Shown: positions 55,911 to 64,000 of the stretch, in pieces | How positions within the stretch are numbered: position 1 is the first letter of the stretch | How the letters are laid out: each line of letters begins with the position of its first letter | NCBI GenBank assembly: GCA_001179505.1 | Contig: CDMY01000492.1 | Coordinates: 1-64,000, forward strand | Direction: 5' to 3' | From: Vitrella brassicaformis CCMP3155 | Lineage: Eukaryota; Protista; Chromerida | Length of the DNA stretch: 64,000 bases | Notes under the pieces: generated by a model | Databases searched by the model: none | Seen by the model: only the letters and a program-made list of their open reading frames with translations | Told to the model about the DNA's origin: nothing | Position numbers and translations under genes: made by a program

Positions 55911-58900
55911 TCCTACTATACAAAGTACCTCTATCTGTGTACATGTTCGTAAAATGAATTGTGACGGTGAGACGATATCGAATTCTAATGTGTATGAAGG
56001 AGAAAGAAAAGCAAAGCATCCAGAATCACACCCTGTTTTGGCTCCTCTCCAATCGAATGACCACGTCACAAACCTGACCACAAGATTACCATGTCAGGGT
56101 CAATTTGCAAAGGAGTTTGGACCAAGAATGAAGCCCAATCATTAGGCGGAAAAATGCATCTCGTTGGCACTAGAGTGGGTGAGGTCGCTTGAGCGTCGTG
56201 GGTGGAACGTCGGCATGATCATTGAGACCGAGTGGAGCGGACAGAGGCCCCAGAAAAAACGAACGCATTATCGTCGAAAAACTGGTCAGTTCCGGTCTTC
56301 TCTTCGCCTATTTCTGTGTATGTCTTTCTCTGAGTGTATCATGCAGGCCGGTTTGGGCATCCATGTGCGAGGGTCGTCATCGTATCACACCCACAACCAG
56401 CAGCCGCCCCCACCTCCCCCCGACTTCACCGCTGGCAGCGACCCGTTCGCGTCATGAGTTAGTGATGGCTCAGGGATATGAGAGGCTGGTTTGTGGCCAC
56501 GAGAAGCGGCCGCTCCGTGAGAAGGATGGGCATCTTCAGTTGGACCGCCGTTCATGCCCGGCCACACTCCCAACATCCCCTAAGCCTCCTCCATTTCCCC
56601 GTTCGTCTCATGTCGACTGGCCGCCTCTACGCTCGCTCCATTCTGGCGAGTCCCGTCGCTTGAGAATGAGTCCCTCGGATGATCAAATAATGTCGACGTC
56701 CGTGTGACTCTTATCCCCTCTCCTCTGCCAGATGTGGTGAGAATGAGAGGGAACGATCCCTCATCTGATAGCTTCACCCTCATATTCGCGAGGATCTGTT
56801 GTTGAGATTCTGTCTTGCGAAGATGCGTAGCAGGCGACTCGTATGGTGACATGCTTTTGACCCCAATCTCCTCCTCACGCCTCTGTGTCGGTCTGATATG
56901 TTCTTGGCCTTCTTCCTCACCGTACTGATGTCTTATCGGCTGTTGTGATGCATCATGGAGGGCAGTAAGGGGAGGACGCGCTTCCCTTTCGCGATAGACG
57001 CCGAACGTGAGCCAGACGTATGAGATGGCGACAAACGCGCAAGCAATGGCTGTCTGCATGATGTATGTATCGATGGATGTGTATATATATACATGCGTGA
57101 CCCTGCATGTTATATGTACGTACCTGCAGTATATCCCATCTATCGTCGTTCCCGAAGAAAAGCGCATTCTAAGTGGACATGATATACATACTTCTACACA
57201 ACAACGTGCACACATACTAATCGCCCCCATCTACCTGTGGGTTGTCACTCTTGACCGCGTAACACAATCCAGCACCAGCACACTGACCTGCATACACACA
57301 TACATACTAACATGATACATGGATATGTATTCATGTACAGAGTATCATGAAGTGATGTGCATATACAGCATGTGCCTATGCATAGAGGAGCATATGTATA
57401 CATACATCGTGTACATGTGTGCGTGTCTTCACACCTACCCGCGAGTATCCATGTCCACAGGAGGAGGGCTATGGAAGATAACTTGTGATCACGCCAAGAC
57501 TGCAGATGTATCCATGTATGTATCGTGATACATGAATACGTACATTAATGCACATGTACGAGTAAGTTACATGATTTACATACACGCAGTACACAATGAA
57601 TGCGTACCTGGTAATACAGACTGGTGAGCAACATGGCTGTCACCAAGAGGTGACTGACAAGCAAGCACACAATCGTGTGACTCGAGAGAATGACAGAGCG
57701 ATTCGTTCGTCCATGCCTTATCCAGCGGCACGTCCCATTGCAGAATCACTATCATCACACTGATGTGTGAGACCTCTAAAGAGGAGCAGAGCGATCACAG
57801 GAGCGCACGCTGAAGTCTGTTTTCACCTGAGAAAAAGTCCGTTTCAGGTGATAACGAATTCGATAGATCTTCTACCTTCTCTACTCCTCTCTGGGCACCT
57901 GCGAGCTAACCTGAGCTGAGCTTCAAAGGGGATGTCTTGCGAAACTGGTTGTGCAGATCTTGCGCTCGAGTCACGGAGGGCACGCACAAGGCCGCCCGCG
58001 GCTTGTCGAACAACTCAAAGGGGCGCCGTAGCCGCCGAAGCAGATGCAATCTCCGAAATTCAATAGAGAGATCTTCGAAGTCCAAGTAGAACCTATGGGA
58101 CTTCGAAGTCATGTCTCCACTCTCGAGCCAATCCACGTGCCAACCCACGTGAGCGACAGGGCTACAGCGATCTCTTTGACGCTGTAGCGTCTTACCCGGT
58201 GGAAGACACAAAGGGAGCGACACAAAGAGACTCAGAGGCCCTGACAAATGAGGTCGGTGTGATGCATATTACCCGATGTAGATCATGTCACCCGAACGGT
58301 ATGTAAGACTTGCTGTGGCGCTTAATCAAAATCACCGAAACCCGCAACGTCTTGCAAAGCACGCGGTCCGGGAAGTCAACAGGGGAGAGTAGCTTAGTTG
58401 GCGTGGGCCGGTCGTTCAAATGAGTGATTCTTTGACGGTCCCCTTGACGGCGTCAAAGTCAGTCGCTTATTCGTTCCATACGCTACGGTGCCCCCGTCAA
58501 CGGAGGGCTTTCGTCCCTTCGTTTTTCCGGACTCCGTAATTCGTGTGTGGTGGCGGTCTCGGTGATGATTTTTCCCCTTTGCACAGAGCAGACGAGCCCA
58601 GACAAACTGCACCAGGCTGTCGTCCGTCATCTGAAGGTGAATTTGATGCCCTGTCCATTGCCTGCAAAATTCTTTTCAGAACATGGGTCGTATCTGACCG
58701 CCCCTCGGCTCCAGACCAAATTATGCAGCAAACATCCCTCTGCATGGCAGTCGCAGCGGTCAGACCGCAGCTGGTTTTAAATCATCACGGTTCACTTTGA
58801 CATTGTCCCCTTCGAGATGTCATGCCCGCATTCCTTGACTGCGTCCCGGCTCAAGAATACTCAGAAAACCAAGTCATGTCTCGAGCCAATCCACACGCCG

Positions 58901-61046
58901 ACCAGCCAAGGATTCTAGCCCTCTCTTCAACAAAAAACCTCCTGTTTTTGTGTTACGGCTAATGCAAGTTGTCTCTTCGTGAGACGCGAAAAAAGGGTGG
59001 TGTTTAGGGTAAGATTTTTGAAAAAATGGAAGACACGAGAGATAAGGGAGAAGTGCCGCAGTGCTCAAGGCCATACAGAATGGACGCCTCTTGGCTTTTC
59101 TGGAGCCGATCCCGATGCAGTTCTGCTTGAACACGTTTAGACGTGGCGGCGGTCCCTCAACCAAGGTTCATTTGTCACGGTTGAATGAATTTTTCGAGGT
59201 GTGATCCGGCGCATTTCGCGCAAAGAAACACCTTCTGAGCCATGTCTCGAGCTAATCCATGCGCCAACCAGCCGAGCGGATTGTGTGTCGCTCTCTTGAC
59301 GAGAAACGGTTTCAACGCTTTCCAAGAGTAACTTCCGCCGTCCACAGACAGGCAAGGCGGCAGCTCTGCACGTGGAAGACTCTGGGATTCTGTGCATACG
59401 GCGTGTCGTGCTTGTCCAAAGCTGACCACATCCAGGACACGTGAGTTGCAAGCTTGCATGCAGACACTTTTCAGAAATGTTTCCTCTGTCTGCTTTCCTC
59501 TGCCTTGTAGGCTCGAGCCCAGGGCGACGACAAGGGGGTCTCCGACACACAGCGACTGCACCGAGGTTACAAGCAACAAGCACGCTTCAAGGGCCTTCGG
59601 AGGTTAATGGCTGCCTTAATGCTAGAGATGATTGGGCGCCGTGCGAAGGAAAAGGACATGGCGTTCTCGTCGTGCTGAAAAAATGACATTGTACCGGAAT
59701 GGGTCGTCGAATCTATTGGTCCACTTCACTGCTTGTCGTGTCATGCAGTATGCCCGTATATATGCACGTTCACAGTCATTCAAAGAGGACACTTGGACAG
59801 AGATATCAGAGCACACGCCACGCCACGTACACACGCACATGTAGATAAACACATGCACCATGGAACACGCCACAATCCATGAATACGTCATGTCATGCAC
59901 CCTCCCGACCCCTCCGACCCCCCCCCTCGTCCTCACTCACCATTGAAAAATGACAGCGGACAGCACACACCGGCACACCGAGAGCACCACCGGACATCAC
60001 AATATGAACCCACCGGCATGGATGCATGCATCCCACACCACAGACGACGGCGGCAGCACTCTTGACAACATGATACCATGCAAAGACATGTTCCACCTTT
60101 GACACGCACCGCACATGCATGCAACTGCGCGGAGACGTCAGCTGCGCTGGTCTCCCGTCAATCAGTCAATCCACAAGGGCACAGTCAGCAAACGGGGGCA
60201 GAAAACAAACCACACATGCGTGCACGTGTGTGCTCATCCATGCCCTTCCCCCTCCCCCCAACCCCCAACCCCCGACACACGTTCATTGCACACCAACACA
60301 GCACGACCCCCCGACCCCCCTCCCTCCCAGAATATGAGCACACACCACAAAGCTCACCCCGCCCGCCCGACAGACAGACAGACAGACAGACAGACGAGGG
60401 GGCCAAGGGGGCCAAGGGGGCCAATGGCAGCAAACAGCCAATCAGAAACTGACCATACGAACGAGCACACGAGTCAGTCGAAAACGTCTTATCGATGACC
60501 GGCGTTTTCGGCCACTCATGGTCTTTTGTGATCTCTCTTATTCACTGCTTTCTCATCTCTCTCTTCAACAGACATTTTCCCCTTTGTGATTGAAAAAGGA
60601 CACTGGGACACATGTAGACAGAGTGAAGGACACTGGCAGCAGTCTCTGCCCCTAACCCACCACCCACCCCCGGAGACGCAGACACACAGACGCAAACACA
60701 AATACAAACACAGACACAGACACAGACACACGCACAAACAGACAGANNNNNNNNNNNNNNNNNNNNNNNNNNNNNNNNNNNNNNNNNNNNNNNNNNNNNN
60801 NNNNNNNNNNNNNNNNNNNNNNNNNNNNNNNNNNNNNNNNNNNNNNNNNNNNNNNNNNNNNNNNNNNNNNNNNNNNNNNNNNNNNNNNNNNNNNNNNNNN
60901 NNNNNNNNNNNNNNNNNNNNNNNNNNNNNNNNNNNNNNNNNNNNNNNNNNNNNNNNNNNNNNNNNNNNNNNNNNNNNNNNNNNNNNNNNNNNNNNNNNNN
61001 NNNNNNNNNNNNNNNNNNNNNNNNNNNNNNNNNNNNNNNNNNNNNN

Positions 61047-62305
61047 AAAGAAACACCCGGGGCAGACCCCGACGTTCGTCCTGCGTGAGAGGACCGATCC
61101 GTCCGTACGCCACACGTCGCACAATGCGGCAGCATGCCTCACTCTGCTCACCCGTTCAGAGGGGAGGGGTCTTCCGTCAAGTCGACACTGGCCAGGTCGG
61201 ACGCTTCCGGCACCCAGACACCAACCTCGTTGACGAAACTGCACGCACACCCACCTATCACTTGATGTGATAGGCACTCAATGAGTTGTACTTGACGATG
61301 GCGCAACTGGTGAAGTCCACCGATTCCGATCTTTCATCGGTGATCTGAGATAAGTAGCAAGCGAGAACATCACAAACGTGCCACCAGTCAGCATAGACGG
61401 GCCTCTCTGACCGTAAAGAAGGTCAATGTGTCGACGGTCTGGTCATTGAGGGCCTCCCTGATGCACACGTTGAATCGGACAGTTTTGACATTCCTCCCTC
61501 CTTGCGGATCCTTAACCGAAACTGCAGGAAGAAGTCGTCGGTATTATCTGTTCGTACCGCATACACAGAACGTCGGCACCTTAGTGGCTCAAGATACTTC
61601 CTTCTCGCATACCGATCACAATGAAGTTGGGCGTCACCTCCGTGTCGTATTCCTGGCAACCCCACGAAAGTGGTGATTTTGCGAATGCATTAATGCGCAA
61701 GGGAGTTGGCCTTACTGCTGAGATTTCTCGCAGAATCAGCTCGGCTGTTTGCGCATTGAAATCCCGGATTTTGGGAGAGCTGGCGCCAGGTAGACCGACG
61801 TTGAGGACGCCCTCGTCGAGCACCTGCAATGGACAGAACTCCCACCTGGTCACTCAGTGCCCGTTCTCTGCGTGTCTACCCTCTCAAAGGTGCCTTCGGC
61901 GTCTTCTCGTGCAGGGTAGGACGCGTCACATTCTGGCAGGTCGAAGCTCGCAGCTGGAAAGGTCGTGTTCAGCAGGTCCAAATACTCTTCCGACTCGCGG
62001 ACCTAGCGGATGGCAGGGAACACAGCGTGGTTTCGTCAGGAGGCAGACCGGCGGCACCTCACGGTTTTGATGGCTGTGCTAAGTGCTGCGTTGAGCTGCA
62101 CGTCTCCAATGTCACCGGTCACGTAGGGATCCGCCGGCTCCTTGGTGCCTGCGATCGCATCCCGAAGTTCACCGACCAACTCCAGAAGTTCACCGAGAAA
62201 CTGCGCCTTGCTGATCTCCGTGGGGGCGGCAGCCACCGATGGAAGCGACACAACGAGGGAGCAGAGAAGAGAGAACAACACGCTCACCGAGGGGGGGACC
62301 GACAT
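61047..62305 (-). CDS. Secreted protein with a solute-binding-protein family 3 (type 2 periplasmic-binding fold)-like domain; multi-exon; continues into the gap
   Basis: Signal peptide MSVPPSVSVLFSLLCSLVVSLPSVAAA (ATG 62305). First intron 62003-62062 (GT..AG). Spliced motifs VLDEGVLNVG, ALNDQTVD, ITDERSESVDF and PLNG.TNVGVCPG match the SBP_bac_3 pattern (G.L.VG / AL..G.VD / IT.ER...VDF / L.GK.VGV..G). Confidence 0.65.
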
Positions 62306-63199
62306 GGGTCGATTATGTGGATGGCGAGAAGACGACAGTGTCACCTCCCCTTACTCGGTCGGTCGCAGCCTCGACGTCGGTGTCCGTTAAGTGTGACCCT
62401 TCGCATGCCGCCGTTGTGATGTACGCAACGGCCAGTCTTGCGAAGCCGGCCAACTTGAAAACGCAAAGTTATTCAGTCCCGCTCAGAAAACGGTGATGAG
62501 CCGATAATTCGTTACAGTAAGTATCGCCTAAAGCAATCAGTACAGGGGTGATTGCTTTATGCGTTTGATTGGTTTATACGAACAAGCCAATGATTGCTTT
62601 ATCTGCTCCTTGTTTTCTGCGGGGTTTCTCGCCGTGAATGACTCACCAGAGCCACCCTCCATCACATTGACTCTTTTTTCCCCGCTCAAAACGACTCTGA
62701 AACGACGAAAACCATCCAATCACTCACATTCGATCCGCCTGCGGTCTGAATGTCTCCTGAGTGTCTGATTCACCCTCCACCAGCTAGTGATTCAGCCTGA
62801 GCTATTTTGCATGAAAAATCGTCGTCAGTCCATGGAAGAGGAGTCATCAACATGACGTCAGTGGGCCCACGACGCCATGCACAAAAGGCATGGACAGCAG
62901 ACAAGACAGCATGCATGCCATAAATCGGTCAAAGTTCCTGGGCGGCCGCCGCCTGCAGCAGTGAATGCATCAGACGAAATGGGTTGGTGGATGGGTGGGT
63001 GGGTGGGTGGGCGGGCGGGTGTGAGGGCAAGGGAGGGAGACTGGACGGCAACTACAGTACTGGACGGTCACATCAGCCCCGCAAAAACGTGTGTTGGGCT
63101 GGATGAATGTCATCAGATGCCTCAGATGACTCATCTGACTCTCCTGTGAGTCACCAATGGGCCCTTGTTGCCTCGCAAGTGAAGCACCGCTGCTCTTCC

Positions 63200-64000
63200 A
63201 TTTACATAGTGCTCATTCTTCTTGACTTTCTGGACAACACGTGCGTTGCGGCAGACCTCAGGAAGTCGGTCGACGGCTGCGTCGTGGTAGTGGAGGAAGC
63301 GCTGATGGGCAAGTTCTCACCTATGACTTCGGCCACCATTGCTCCTGTTTGGTCGCCACCTTCATCAGCAGGTGAACAGGGAAACGCGCCATCACCACCA
63401 CGCGAGTCGATGATGCTGTGGCTGTCGTGTGCTCTGTCCCGGCAGAGCACGTGGCTGCGAATAGATGGGGCAGTCGTTGGCATCCCTGTAGATGTCCAGA
63501 TACCAGAAACGACCACGTCTAACAAGCGGGTAGCGGTCTCCTCTCCTTGTTGCGGTCATATGGGCTGCACCGGGGCCAATAAGAAACTCGATGCAGTATT
63601 GATCCACCAGGTGAGCGACGGAGAAGAGATTGAACTTCAGATCAGGCACATACAGCACACCATCCACACACACGGTCTTCTTGCCGTTGTTGACCTCTTT
63701 GCAGGTGTACTTGATGCGGCCGACTCCTCTGGCTGGTACGGACGTGCCATCGGCCATCACGATCTTGATGTGTCGGTCAAGCGGCTTGATTTCGTCGAAG
63801 AGAAACTGCTGGTGGCAGCATGTCTTGCCGGCTCCTGAATCGATCATCATGGAGGTAGATCTCACAGACACACCACTGACGTTGACCACCTCTTCCTCGC
63901 ACTTAACGGCCGTGACGGTCCCCACCATTTCCAGCACAAGTGCGAGGTGTGTATCCAAGCCAAGATGAAGATTCGTCCGTACCTGGGAAATGCATTCCGC
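63200..64000 (-). mobile_element. Copia-type gag-protease region of another family (extends beyond the window)
   Basis: MMIDSGAGKTCC..VMADGTSVPARGVGRI..VLYVPDLKFNLFSV is the typical copia protease signature. Confidence 0.75.

Larger units (their letters stand above)
14972..61046. other. Five scaffold gaps of exactly 300 N (14972-15271, 25784-26083, 50943-51242, 52645-52944, 60747-61046)
   Basis: All five are the same length. The 25784 gap corresponds to only ~130 bp in the duplicate gag copy at ~20764-20890, so the size is nominal. Confidence 0.95.

Noticed and set aside
56950-57620. Hydrophobic ORF in CATA/TATG-rich DNA
   Set aside because: Low-complexity composition explains the ORF; no conserved motif.
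60397-60425. Collagen-like GAKGAKGAN
   Set aside because: Only three 9-bp units next to a (CAGA)n intron-type repeat. Too short to support a call.

Overview
Eukaryotic, GC-rich, intron-rich genomic DNA. Short GT-AG introns filled with (TCTG)n/(GT)n repeats are typical of a chromerid alveolate such as Vitrella; this taxon is my inference only. The window has five nominal 300-N scaffold gaps. Host genes: (i) a ~10 kb multi-exon polycystin-1(PKD1)-like receptor at 2638-12490 (+), with signal peptide, Ig-like, PAN/apple, Cys-rich repeats, GPS, IQ and several TM segments; (ii) a decayed ankyrin-type gene; (iii) an RGG-tailed hypothetical gene (-); (iv) a small duplicated membrane-protein ORF; (v) an intron-containing secreted protein resembling bacterial solute-binding protein family 3 at 61047-62305 (-). 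Most of 13-56 kb is a nested transposon/satellite island. It holds 60-bp minisatellite arrays, a self-nested Ty1/copia element with very short LTRs, and several CRE-clade (REL-endonuclease) non-LTR retrotransposons from two families. It also holds an unusual Ty3/gypsy-like element: tRNA-Gly-like PBS, a mini-ORF carrying an isolated RT YVDD palm motif, an extra ORF before gag, and a -1 frameshift signal into a protease ORF with no RT after it. The most striking observations are that gypsy leader, the CXC/CRC-like N-terminal domain of CRE family B (with two divergent family-B 3' ends sitting just upstream of the same repeated host block), a nested-hairpin MITE, and pervasive C-to-T stop codons in the repeats. 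All domain calls come from motif recognition by eye, without database searches.
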